From Nemertoderma westbladi (taxonomy: Eukaryota > Animalia > Xenacoelomorpha), in contig JAUCBJ010000548.1 in the NCBI GenBank assembly GCA_032718475.1, positions 1 through 64,000 of the forward strand: DNA of 64,000 bases, read 5' to 3'. Of the stretch, positions 50,701 to 62,700 are shown in pieces. The translations under genes were made by a program, and so were the position numbers. Below the pieces are notes generated by a model, which did no database searches, was not told where the DNA came from, and saw nothing but the letters and a program-made list of their open reading frames with translations. Position 1 is the first letter of the stretch, and every line of letters begins with the position of its first letter.

Positions 50701-53253
50701 TAACCTGACCAAATTCCAATCCAGTTCGGAGGAATTTATCAAGGCGATTGAGGACAAGAGACCAGAATCGACCATGGATAATCCTACAACAGCCAAAGGG
50801 CAGGACATGGCGAACAAGAGAACAGAATCTCAACAGAAGGCATTGGGAATCGTGTGGAACAGAGAGACAGATGAACTGAAGTATCAGCTGAGCCAGGAGG
50901 GCGCAGACATCCACACGAAGAGGGGCTATGTGTCGTATATAGCAAGGATATACAATCACCTAGGTCTAGCATCCCCATTATTAGTCACGGGGAAACAGAT
51001 ACTCAAGAGAGTATACAAATTGAAGGATGAGTGGGACGTAGAGGTACCAGAGGAAATCAAGAAACAGTGGAGTAAGTGGACAGGAGACTTGGAGAAGATG
51101 GGAACATACAACATGCCACGAGTGTATTTCCCGGATGGGAACATGACGAATCTGGACCTACACATGTTCTCCGATGCGTCGTTGGAGGCGTACGGAGCGG
51201 CACTCTATTTAGTACAACGAGAGGGGGCTCACAAGCCCAGACTGGCCTTTAGCAAAGCAAAGTCAACGCCGCCAGATTCAGCATCAGTTCCCAAATTAGA
51301 ATTGACAGCTGCGAGACTAGGAGTTAGAGCCACAGCCTACCTAGTGGATACTATTCCCAACATAGTGGAGACACACTACTGGACGGACTCCATGGTAGTG
51401 CTTGGTTGGCTACATAACGAAAGGACGAGATACCCAATATTCGTCGCGAATAGGGTGGACGGATAAGGGCGACCACAGAATTGGAAAGGTGGCACTACTG
51501 CCCAACGGACGAGAACCCAGCGGACTTGTTATCAAGGGGCGTGGCACGCCACACTTTCTTAAAAAAGGAAGGATTGTGGCAACACGGGCCGCAGTTTCTG
51601 AGCGACAAGGAGGCCTGGCCGCCGATGAGAAAGGTGGACCCGGACTCAGGAGAGGTAGTGTCAGAAGGAGAAGAGGGAGATTCAGAGGGAGAAGAGATAT
51701 ACTCCCAGATGGTGAGGGAGATAAGGGACGTGCAACCTAAACCAGAAGAACTGTGCGATAACCCGACAGATAAACTCCTCAGCTACAGCTCTAGTTGGTA
51801 TAAGACCAAGAAATTAGTGGCGTACTGGAGAGCCTTCGGGAATTTCCTCGCGGGAGTTGGCAAACACAAGAAGATCAGGACAACCATAGATCTGGAAGGA
51901 GCGGCCAAGGCAGTCATCCGCTATGAACAATGGAAGAACTATGGCGACGAGGTGGAACACGTCGGTAACCAACAGCACCTTCGACGGGACAGCGAGCTGA
52001 TCACGCTGTCGCCACAACTTAACGACGACGGGATTCTAGTAATGAATTCTAGGGTGGGATACAACAACAGCATAGTCGTACCACCGAAACCCATCATCAT
52101 TCCCACAGGATCGCCAATAGTCCACCAGATTATCTGGGACTCCCATAAGTCGATATTGCACGGGGGCACCAACCGAACTCTCACGGAGATAAGGAGGACC
52201 TTTTGGGTCAAGCAGTTGAGGAAGAAGGTAAAAGCGGTAGTGGGGCAGTGCCAGACCTGCCGACGAGCGAAGAAGGAGCGAGCCATACAAGAGATGGCAC
52301 CACTACCAGCGAGTAGAGTAAGACAGCACGACCCGCCATTTACACATTGCGGTGTGGACATGTTCGGGCCGATAAAGATCAAGGTGATGCGGCAGACGGA
52401 GAAACGCTACGGTATTATCTTCGTATGTAACAACACGCGGGCGGTAGGGATAGAACTCGCCCAAGATGCAACCGCATCAGCATTTATTAATGCATTAGAA
52501 AGATTCAGAGACCGCAAAGGTGGGACGATCGCAGTAATGTACTCCGACAGCGGAACCAACTTTGTGGGAGCAGAGAACGAGATGGCAGAGGCCTTGGACA
52601 TCTTGGAAGGGGAGGAAGTCAGGGCGGCCATGAGATGACGACAAGTAAAGTGGGAGAGAAGGACGCCGTATGCACCACATACACTAGGATGCGTCGAGAG
52701 ACTGGTGGGCAGTTCAAAGCGTCTAATGACGAAGCTAATGAACACCCACATGGTCACTGAGGACGTCTTAAGGACAGTGCTTGCGAAGTGCGAGGGGATC
52801 ATTAATAGCAGACCGCTATATCCGGAGAATGATGACCCTGAGTCATTAGATGTGCTGACACCCAGCTATTTTCTAATGGAAAGGCCAGTGACCATCAATA
52901 TGCGGGGTGTAGACCCAGATGACATACATTCCCGCCAGAGTTGGAAGGTCGCTAAAGCAATAAGCGCAGAGTATTGGAGGAGGTGGGTTGAGGAATACCT
53001 ACCCACGCTTCATAAAAGAAGCAAGTGGAGGAAGTCAAATAGGGAGTTAAGAGAGGGAGATCTCGTAATCGTTACGGATGATACTATCATCAACAACCAG
53101 TGGCGGTTGGCGAGAGTCGTAGGCACTTACTCCGATGAGGACGGAAGAGTCCGATCGGTAGAAGTGCGGATAGGTGGAAAGATTGGTGCGAAAGACAGGA
53201 AAACCTACAGGAGAGCTGTAGGGAAATGCTGTCTATTAGAAGGGGCACCTTAG
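44769..53253 (+). pseudogene. gag-pol: BEL2 gag-pol polyprotein with several stops and frameshifts
   Basis: PFKFDG gag core, CSRCVMSGHRARQC knuckle, MLVDSGA protease, CDIEGMFNQV/FYVDD RT, FSDAS/PKLEL/WTDS RNase H and GVDMFGP/SDSGTNF integrase. Stops at 45876 and 52636; frameshifts near 46320, 47050 and 51460. Confidence 0.95.
46688..46870 (+). repeat. 60-bp coding tandem repeat x3 in BEL2 gag region
   Basis: GGCCTGGTAGGCCACGTAGTTAGTAGGCAGGAGGTGGCGGGGTTG recurs at 60-bp spacing (GLVGHVVSRQEVAGL). Confidence 0.9.
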
Positions 53254-53364
53254 GGTGGAGTTAGAGTGTAGTTTAGTCGTCCAAGTTTGGACTGAGGGGG
53301 GTGGGATTGAGGGCGAGACGCCCTTCCCACACATAAAAAATGAAAAATAAAATAAATAAAAATT

Positions 53365-54100
53365 AGAGTTAGTTAGTTAGGAGTTAGTTAGAAGGTATGT
53401 AGTACCTAAAGTTAGTCGGTTAGAAGGTACGTAGTACCTAGAGTTAGTTAGTTAGTTAGTTAGTCGGTTAGAAGGTACGTAGTACCTAGAGTTAGTTAGT
53501 TAGTTAGTTATTCAGATAGAAGGTACGTAGTACCTAGAGTGAGTTAGTTAGTTTGTTAGTCAGTTAGAAGGTACGTAGTACCTAGAGTTGGTTAGTGGAG
53601 TTAGAGAGTAGTAAGAGGGTACGTAGTACCGTTAGTAGAGTTGGAAGAGTAGTAAGAGGGTACGTAGTACCGTTAGTGGAGTTAGAGAGTAGTAAGAGGG
53701 TACGTAGTACCGTTAGTGGAGTTAGAGAGTAGTAAGAGGGTATGTAGTACCGATAGTTAGTGGAGTTAGAGAGTAGTAAGAGGGTACGTAGTACCGGTTA
53801 GTAAGAGTTAGTGGGAGTTAGAGGTTAGTAAGAGGGTATGTAGTACCGGTTAGTAAGAGTTAGTGGAGTTAGAGAGTAGTAAGAGGGTACGTAGTACCGT
53901 TAGTAGAGTTAGAGTAAGAGTTAGAGGGTACGTAGTACCATTAGTGGAGTTAGAGAGTAGTAAGAGGGTACGTAGTACCGTTAGTAGAGTTAGAGTAAGA
54001 GTTAGAGGGTACGTAGTACCGTTAGTTGGTTAGAGAGTAGTAAGAGGGTACGTAGTACCGATTAGTAAGAGAGAGAGGTAGAAGGGTATACATAGTATAG
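53365..54100 (+). repeat. Purine-rich tandem array (about 35-47-bp units with GGTACGTAGTACC core) in BEL2 pol-ORF2 spacer
   Basis: About 15 GGTA(C/T)GTAGTACC cores separated by GTTAG/GAGTAGTAAGAG runs. Confidence 0.9.
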
Positions 54101-54541
54101 ATATTAGTTAGTAGTTAGTAGCGAGAGGGGGGCATATGAGTACAGTTGGATAGATCGTGTAGGCCACGCGACATATACTGCTGTACTGCACAGGCCCATA
54201 GCGTAGGTCAGAATGTGGATTATGAAATAGAATAATCCATAAGCAGTAAATAGTAGAAATAGATTAGAAATAAAAATAGAATAAATAGGGCTAAGAAAAT
54301 TACAAATTATGGTAACAGGAGGAAAATTATTCTGGAACATAATTAAAGCAACGGACAGAAATTGCAAATAAGGTACATTTGTTAGCTACGAAATTAAGTA
54401 ATAGAAATTAGCCTAAAAGGGCATAGTTAGATAGAAAATAGGCCATTATCGGACCATACAGACCATCCTAACTGCATCACTCACTTATATTGCTCCTTGG
54501 TAAGGCACCACCTTATAGGTGAGCGATCGGAGGAGTTCGAA

Positions 54542-57105
54542 ATGGCGGGAAAACTGATCAGAAAGAGAAAGGCGGAGTCAGGAGGAAAGGAGATACTGGT
54601 GGATTTCACCAAGAGGCATCCGGAAGAGAAGACGAGAGGATACTACGAGAGGTTGGAAAAGGGTCACGCGGCCGAGCGCTGCAGGACCACTTCCGGGAGA
54701 TGCACGAACAGCGGCTGGTCGGGACCTACGGGACGCCGTCGCTGGACAACGCGATCTTCCAACACTTCCACTACGTGGTGAAAGGGGACGAGGCGAAGTT
54801 TGGGATTCCGAAGTACCCGAGGGAGTCGCCGAAGAAGGATTGGAAGAGATTCATAGAGTCCGTCAACAGGGGAGGATATATGATCCTAGACGACGAGGGA
54901 ACCGTGGAAGACGAGGAGGGTTCGAGACGAGGATCAGCGGGGTCGGCCAGGACCATACTCCTACATTTGGCCGCGCCAAATGGGGACATTTTCTTATTCG
55001 ATCTAGGAACGTATGGGAAGAAGGACGGGCCGAAATTAAACCGGTTGCCGAAAGCGGTGCAAGTCTTGGTAAGAGAGAAGTCGACGACGAAGGTGGGATC
55101 GGCGATTCGCGAAGACGCGGAGAGAATCATCGGTCCGGACGCCACCAACCTCCTGGATATGCAGAAGGTCTTCATGGCTATGACGGCACCAGATGGGTTG
55201 GGGGTAGTCGGGAACACAGGCCAATGCGGGGCGGTGGCAATGGGCCAGCTATTGGGGCTCGTATGCCACAAACCGATGGACTGGGGGAAGTTCAGGGAGG
55301 AATACGGAGCAGAACTAGCGAACTCGCTAAAGTGTGGAGCGAGACCGGGAAGGCAAGAGGTATATCAATTCCGCAGAGGAGCGATAAAGGTATATCAGAA
55401 GCGATATATCCTGCAGGAAGATTGGATGATGATAAGTTTGCTTAACTTATTTATGACCGTGGTTATCGAGAGGGAACCAGCGGCATTTCTGTTATCGGGA
55501 TCACCCCTAAGCTACAGGAGAGCCTTTAAGACGGTCTTCGACGGTCTGGTAGACCACCCGGGGCTGAAGGGCGAGTCGGTGTACTACAATAGCCGACATC
55601 TGATAGACGGGGAGACAGATACGCCGTATCAGAGATGGGAGCAGCTAGAGGCGGTTAGACGAGAGGCAAAGCGACTGGAAGAAGTCGCTAGACGGGAAAG
55701 GATAGAAGCAGAGGAGAGGGAAGATTAGGCCAGGACGCAGAGTTACGGCTTCGAGGAACAGGCAGGCTTAGACGAACTTCGTTGGACTTCATCATGGAGT
55801 TCGGGGGAGTCTCTAGGGCGAGAACTGGGATGGACGGTGGGATCGCCGAAACAGTCGACGTCGGGGTTGCAAGCGAGGCCCATACCAGCGGGCGCCGAAG
55901 GCGACCAACCGCCAAGGAAGTTAAGGGAGCTAGAGGGATGGAGAGCTACGGGCGAGAGCCAAGGCGGGAAGGGACATAGTGGATCCATCGGGATACCGGG
56001 GTTGGAGCCACTGCCAGAGGAGGAGGAAGACGACGACGAGTTCGGAGAGGTGCCGCCCATCGAGAGGATTGGCCACTCGGACACGGACTGGGTTGGTGGG
56101 AGGGTGGTGACGGCCAGTGGGGCGAGGGCCTTCTGGGATAGACCCGGCAAGCGGACCTGGATGCACGAGGAGCCGGCGATGGATTTCGCGGGGAGCACTA
56201 TCAGGTTGGGCGAGCAACCGGGGACGGCACCACGGGTAGTATTCGGGGAGACGATGCCCGAGAGGGGCGGAGAGATCGACGTAGACAGGGACACTAACGT
56301 GCAGAAGTTCGCCTACCAGCGACTCCACAGACCGCGGAGATCGCTTGGGACGAAAGACGACGTGGGGCGGGAGACATTGGTACTCGGTTGCGACTACTGT
56401 GGGAGACAGACCCACCAGGAAAGGAGCTGTTTGTACCGGTTCCAAAAGGGAACCTTTTGTCTCTACTGCCGCGAGTCGAGCCACAGGATGGGGGCATGTC
56501 CACGGTTGCATAACCGATGTCCGAAGTGCAACTTTCAGGGATACTACGGACGCCAGTGCGACTGGATGGACGACGAAGAGAAGTTCAGAAGATTCGAGGA
56601 GTGGGCCGACGTCGGGGCCATGACGCGCCAGTGCATGAAGGCCCAGGAGTTCAAGTGGGGTTTCTTCCTTATCAATCAGGAGGCTCACATGGAAATCATA
56701 AAGCGGAGGCTACCGTTTACCTATCAAGAGGTAGCAACGGCGGCGTCGTATGCCGGGGTGATGAATACACAAAGGTATTTGGACAGGTGGACGCCACAGA
56801 ACCGAGGGGAGTTTAGGGATTTCCTGGCGGAGCACGTGCCGCGGGCAAAGAAGGTGATCATATGGGACGCCACCAGGGGGAGACAACAGGGCCACTTGGA
56901 GGGGCCACCCGCGAAGCGATATCGGGAGCTGATAACACCAGCACCCAGGGAGCCAACGACTGGGATCAGTAAGGAGGTGGCGGCGAGGGTCCGAAGACAG
57001 AAAGCGGATCCCAGAGGAGCGGTAGTGACCAGGAAACGACCCAGGGAGGAGGACGGCAAAGGGAAAGACTTGAGGTGGTTCCCAAAGTCAGGGGGGATGA
57101 ACTGA
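54542..57105 (+). pseudogene. BEL2 accessory ORF2: DEDDy-like exonuclease plus three zinc knuckles, disrupted
   Basis: YMILDDEG, LPKAVQVLVREKSTTKVGSAIRED, LLDMQ and QKRYILQED; CDYCGRQTHQERSC, CLYCRESSHRMGAC, CPKCNFQGYYGRQC. Frameshift near 54690 and in-frame TAG at 55726. Confidence 0.8.
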
Positions 57106-57806
57106 GACTTCAATGTGGTACGCCTGGAAGGCGCCACGTGGGACGTACGAACTATTAAGTACAAATTCAAACTGATGCAAATAATTAAATAAGTGCAATT
57201 ATATGTACGTACGTAGTAATCAGTAGTTTAGCAATGAAATATACGTTCGAAGTAAGTACTATAGTCATTCAACCTTTCTCAATTAGCTACTGGGACTGGG
57301 GGGCTAACTGACTATGGTACTATGGACGAGACACCAGACGACTTCACATTTCTTGAGTGCGACGGCACAAAGGGGGAGTGAGATTCGTCAGAAGGGATGG
57401 GGTAGTCAAAGGGAGGTCGAGTAGAGGTGATAGTGCAGAGTGCAGAGAGAGTGCGAATGCAATTCAAGTGTGTGGGAGGAATAAGAGGCTGAGTGAGGGA
57501 CAGGGAAGTCCGAGAGTTAGAGCGGTAGTGAGGAGAAGTAGAGGAGAGTCAGGGTGAGAACAGAGTAGAGTTAAAGTGGCGAAGTGTTGGGGAAACAAAA
57601 GTCGTGTGAGGAGCACACGGTCGGCCCGACATGGGACGCCAGGCGAAACGGGTAGCGATATCATACCCATAGGGAGCGGCCTGGAAAGCCGGTTCCGAAA
57701 GAAAATAGTTCCACCCCACACCCGATAATAGATCGGGATCCAGCGGAATTGTAGCGCACTTTAAGGTGGATGCTATCTTCTCACCGGGAAGATAGCATGG
57801 GGGGAG

Positions 57807-58347
57807 TGTTAGCTTATTCAATTCCGCTAACACAAACCCATAAAGTCAACCGTTAAGCAATATTGGGGGCCACGAGATTGGGTAACCAACAACTCGTGTC
57901 ACCCCAACAAAGTGGGAAGGAGAAACACACAATAAGGGTCAGGGGCCAAACCCCTAACCGAGAGAGAATAGGTGGAGTGAACGGAAACACTCCAAAGGGC
58001 GCCAATAGGGACATTAGCCAATCAGAGGGGGGAAAGGCATCGGTTAGGTACAGTAACAAGGCCAACCCGTGCAATATAACCAGTTGGCAGTAATCATCTC
58101 ATTCAGTTATCTCAGTGTTATTGGTGTTACAGTAGCAATAGTTTAGCTAGGGAAGTACCGGGATTTCAATTACCGTTTCCCGCCTTCCGCGTACAACAAT
58201 ATATTACCAGCCATTATCTATATCTATACTATATATCCCGAATATTATATACGACGAACAACGCAAACTCTTTTATCTTTCACACACGGCGGGGACGCGT
58301 GAATTGACAAACCGGATAAACCGGGATCCTTCCTGGATCCCGTCACA
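57807..58347 (+). repeat. BEL2 3' LTR
   Basis: Direct repeat of 44132-44671. Confidence 0.97.
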
Positions 58348-58960
58348 ATGTGGCCGACTTCTGTTACCTGGGATCATGGATCCGGAAGTCAGGTGAGGAC
58401 CTTCGAATACGTAAGGGAAAGGCATGGGCAGCCTTGAATAGGCTTTCCAGGATTTGGAAGTCACAGAGAATTAATCGGAAACTTAAGGTCCGATTATTTA
58501 GAGCAGCAGTAGTTCCAGTACTCCTCTATGGGAGTCCATGCTGGGCTCTAACTGCTGAGGACACCAAATCTTTGGATGTCACATTCACAAGAAAGCTACG
58601 CCGGGTTTATTGTGTCAAGTACAATGCACACATCTCCAACCAGATACTATATAACATTGGAGGTGTCTCATTGGTTCCCACAAGCTTGACACTAGAACAA
58701 AGTCGCCTCCACTTTGCAGGACATTGCTTTCACCGTGAGGACCAGCCCGTGCATAATCTTGTGCTTTGGCAGCCTTATGGGGTGAATAAGCATGGAGGAC
58801 AGCCCATGACTTTCTTGAGACGCATCTTAAAGGACACTGGCCTTGAAGATGCGGATGATCTAGCAAATGTCATGGGTGATAGGGAGTTGTGGCGGCGCAA
58901 TTTTGTCGACAAGCCGGCACAGCATTCTTAAAAATGCAGCTGCAATGCAGCATGCCGATC
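58348..58960 (+). mobile_element. RTE-like LINE, 3' end of RT ORF (5'-truncated copy)
   Basis: FCYLGSW, RIRKGKAWAALNRLSRIWKS, LFRAAVVPVLLYG, RLHFAGHC and DRELWR are C-terminal RTE ORF motifs. Confidence 0.9.
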
Positions 58961-59019
58961 CTAGTAGTAGATGCGATACATAGATGGACGAGTGATAATG
59001 CCATGGCTCGGGGATAATG

Positions 59020-59760
59020 CCAATGGCATGGGGATAAATTCGAGTATATGTTATATCTTATAGAGGATAAGAAGCACGTCCGTGATTTGGGAATATTCCT
59101 AAGCGATTCCGGATATTTTTCAGTTATCCTATTTCAGAAATGTGCAAATCGGCCTCGGATCTATGCAGTTGGGTTCTTCGTGTATTAGACACCCGTGATA
59201 GTATTACAATGACCACCTTGTGCCAGTCACTAGTCTTGAGTATTACTGCCAGCTATGGAACCCGACAAATACATTCAGAGAGCATTCACTCAGAAAATAC
59301 AAGGAAATTACTGGAACCGACTGAAAAAGCTTAAGATATAATCATTGCAAAGACATGGAGAACGATATATTATAATATATATATGGAAGATGTTAGAACA
59401 AAAACTGCCGAATACTTGTGCATCACCATTAACAGCTGTGTATATTATATTATGCGGAGAGGACGGGCTTGCAAGATTCCACCTTTCACAAGAAACAGCA
59501 GCGCTAAAGTAAAATCGTTAGTAGAAATGAGCTTCACCTTCACGGTGTTTGGACCGAAAATGTTTAATGCTCTTCCGACTAGCATCCGAGATATATCCGG
59601 ATGCTCCTTGGAAATAATTATACAAATCGCGATTAGACAGGTTTTTGTTGATAATCCCGGACGAACCTGGCAGCCATGGATACACCGCCATTCGTTCTGG
59701 GCAGTCTAAACTCTCTCATTGAGATAATCCCTGCATATCAACATCATAAATAAATTTCAA
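59020..59760 (+). mobile_element. Degenerate CR1/L2-type LINE 3' fragment
   Basis: VRDLGI, L.RH.ERY.II, RGRAC.IP, GPKMFNALP..IRDI and LD..L..IPD.P motifs across frames. Confidence 0.65.
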
Positions 59761-62700
59761 ACAAAATACATTTTAACCGCTTATATTTTTAGTTTTCTTT
59801 CTCTTTTTTATCAATTTCATTCTTAATTTGTGTATTTAAGTGTCCATATTAATTGACATTTTTTAATATTTTCTTTAATGTCAATTGATATCCTTTGATA
59901 TTTTTAAATCGTGTACATTGATTATTAATATGAAAACAATAAAATAGGACACGGGGTCTTATTTGATTTGACATTGATTATTGTTAGGTATATTTGTGAT
60001 TTTAGTCTGGTGCGCTTTTTGAGTTTTCCGTGGTCTAATTTCATAATCAAAAATTATTAAAATTACAATTACAATATTCCAACAAGATCAATTATAAAAT
60101 AAAAAAATGGTCATAAATTAAAAACGGTGAAAAACAAAGTTCGATTTAAACTGATAAATAATTTATTATTTAATAATAATATAATGCAAATAAAGTAACG
60201 TGTGTGATGTGGTGTGTTGTAGGTATATGAGCTGTGATGTGTTTGAAAAATGTAAGTACAGTATATGCATATACCAATATTGAGAAATACAGAATTCATT
60301 TTCCACACTCAAATTATGTGTAGAACATAAAAAAAGTTCTGTTCTCCCAAAAACAGTGGCAATAAAAGAAATTGTCTCCAGGAACGGTTAAGACAATTCA
60401 TCTGATTGCTTCCATATATTTTAGTCAAAAAATTACTGCTGGAAATTAACAAAAGGTACATGTTTCCATTAAAATTAAACTTACATCACCGAAATCCAAC
60501 CCACGCCAGGAGCGACGGCCACCCTGGAGGTAGAGGGAATTGGACCGGAGGAGTGCGAATTGCAGCCACTGGCGAACACCCCCCAGCACGCACGCGAAAT
60601 ACCTATCATGCATACTGCCCCGCCTCGACACAAGTGTCTCAGCGAGGTGGCATATAAGAATCTGGGCCTCAGTACACCAGACACCATCTGTGATGCCGAC
60701 AAGAGGGCTGAACGCCATCCTCCAGTCCTCGCAGCCCGTTTGGTAGTGCAACTTCTTTAGCTGACACCACAGCTCGATGATGGACTCAGTGGAAAGGTTG
60801 GCCGGAGCTTTATGAGGTGGCGTCTGCGTTTATTATCGCGATATCGAATGACGCCACTCTTTGGTTAACACAGACTCCCCACGCAACCAAATCTGCTCGC
60901 ACTCCTCCTACATCCCGTCCTTCTCTGTCCAGATAACCCCGGGACAGGGTTACCTCCCACTTAACTCTAGATGCCCCGAATGCAAAGGCCAGTAGGGAGC
61001 TGAATACGTCGCACACCTCATCGTAGCGTTTTACAATTAGGCCACTGGATTTTTAAGTTAATGCATGGGAGGTTGTGAATGGCCCCCCACAGCCCTCACA
61101 TTTATTTGGAAGGAAGGCCCAGTGGGATGAGGCCATACCGGAGGGCCAGATTATCCCTAAATTCCTCTACACTAAGGTCGGTTGCATTGAGGATACTGGG
61201 CTGGGCAGTCAACCAACCACCGGTTTTGTTCTGTACCACTCGTTCCACAGGTCTCCATTGGATGACCAGTAGTGCCACCAAAGCTGCCTCCCGTTTCTCT
61301 ATGTAGGCTGCGTCCTGTGCGATGCGGCTTTTGTTGAGGACATCATGCAAACTGGCGTTGTGGTCGGCTACATGGAGGGGTGGTGTTGCCTGGATAGCAT
61401 TTATTATAACTGAGGTCCCCTCTAAGGAAGCGGAGCATGCTGGGCTCTGCTGCATCGTGGGGTCTCGCAGTCCAATACCTCCATGACGAGCCGGTAGAAT
61501 AATAAATTCTTCATCAGCCCGATCCAGACAAGAACTACCAAAGAGTGCGGGTGTAAACCTCCATAGTATCACTGTTCAGATGGGGGTGATTTCCTCTACA
61601 TTGGTGGGGACAACTCGCAGGAGGTAATCCCATTATGCCTGAATACACCAGAACAGCCCGGTGTGTGCCGTCTGGGGGAACTCCTTGGCGACTTCGGAAA
61701 GTTTGCCGACCTTCTCAATCCATCCCGCTACTTTGTCGGCAACAAAATCATTCCTGCCAATGTCACTGCTGATATAACCCCCCAGGAAATGGTGGCCTGC
61801 GACTATCTGGACCCCACATGAGCCAAACATCGCCTGGGCCTCGACTTCCAACCCCGGTTTGACCACAATGTAACTCTTTGGTCGGTTCGGAGTTGTAGCC
61901 TATTCTGGGACCCTGGGTTTGGACCTCCGACCACCAATTCCAGATTTCCAATAGACTACCTGCAGAAAGGCATCATCTGCTTACCAACACTGCTATTGAG
62001 TAGGATTGAAGGGAATGCCTGTTGTCTCAGTGTGAGGACTCAGTGGTGGTCTGGGCCCAGTGTTGGTTCGTAGTGGCAGTGGGCTCGGCCTGGTGTTGGT
62101 GGGTGGCCGGGGGCTAGGCCCGGTGTTGGTGGGCGGTGGTGGGGGCTGGGCCCGGTATTGGTGGGCGGCGTTGGGCTGGGCCCAGTGTTGGTGGGTGGTG
62201 GTGGGCTGGGCGATGGTGGACTGGGCCTGGTATTTGTGGGTGGTGGTGCGGGCTGGGTAGTGGTTGGCCAGGCCCAGTGTTGGTGGGTGGCAATGGGCTG
62301 TGCCCGGGGTTGGTAGGCATTAGTGGGCCGGGCCTAGTGTTGGGGGTGGCGGTGGGCTGGGCGCGGGGTTGGTGGGCAGTGGTGTACTGGGCCCAGCATT
62401 GGTGGGTGGCCGTGGCTGGGCGGTGGTGGGCTGGCTGTTGGTGGGTGGTGCTGGGTTGGGTTTGGTGTTGGTTGGTGGTTGTAAACAGGGTACAGCCTGC
62501 ACCTCTCGTAGGTCATCAATCATTTTTATGATTGATCATTAAATTTATTTTTAAAATTAATTTAACTGTACAAAACTTCATTATCGTTGAGATATAGCTC
62601 ACCTTTATAACTTGAAACTGGGGCTGTTCCCATTGAAATGACAGTGAGTAAAAACGTTCTGGAACAAACCACTCGAGGATCGATAATCTTATTGGTTTTG

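Larger units (their letters stand above)
44132..58347 (+). mobile_element. Full-length BEL/Pao LTR retrotransposon 2 (14.2 kb) with extra exonuclease ORF
   Basis: 540/541-bp TG...CA LTRs (2 substitutions and 1 indel seen). TSD ATGTG (44127-44131 / 58348-58352). PPT GGGGGGAG at 57799-57806. Confidence 0.97.

Noticed and set aside
53365-54100. Palindromic-core array as CRISPR or telomeric repeat
   Set aside because: The linkers are variants of one another rather than unique spacers, and there is no regular TTAGGG/TTAGG run.
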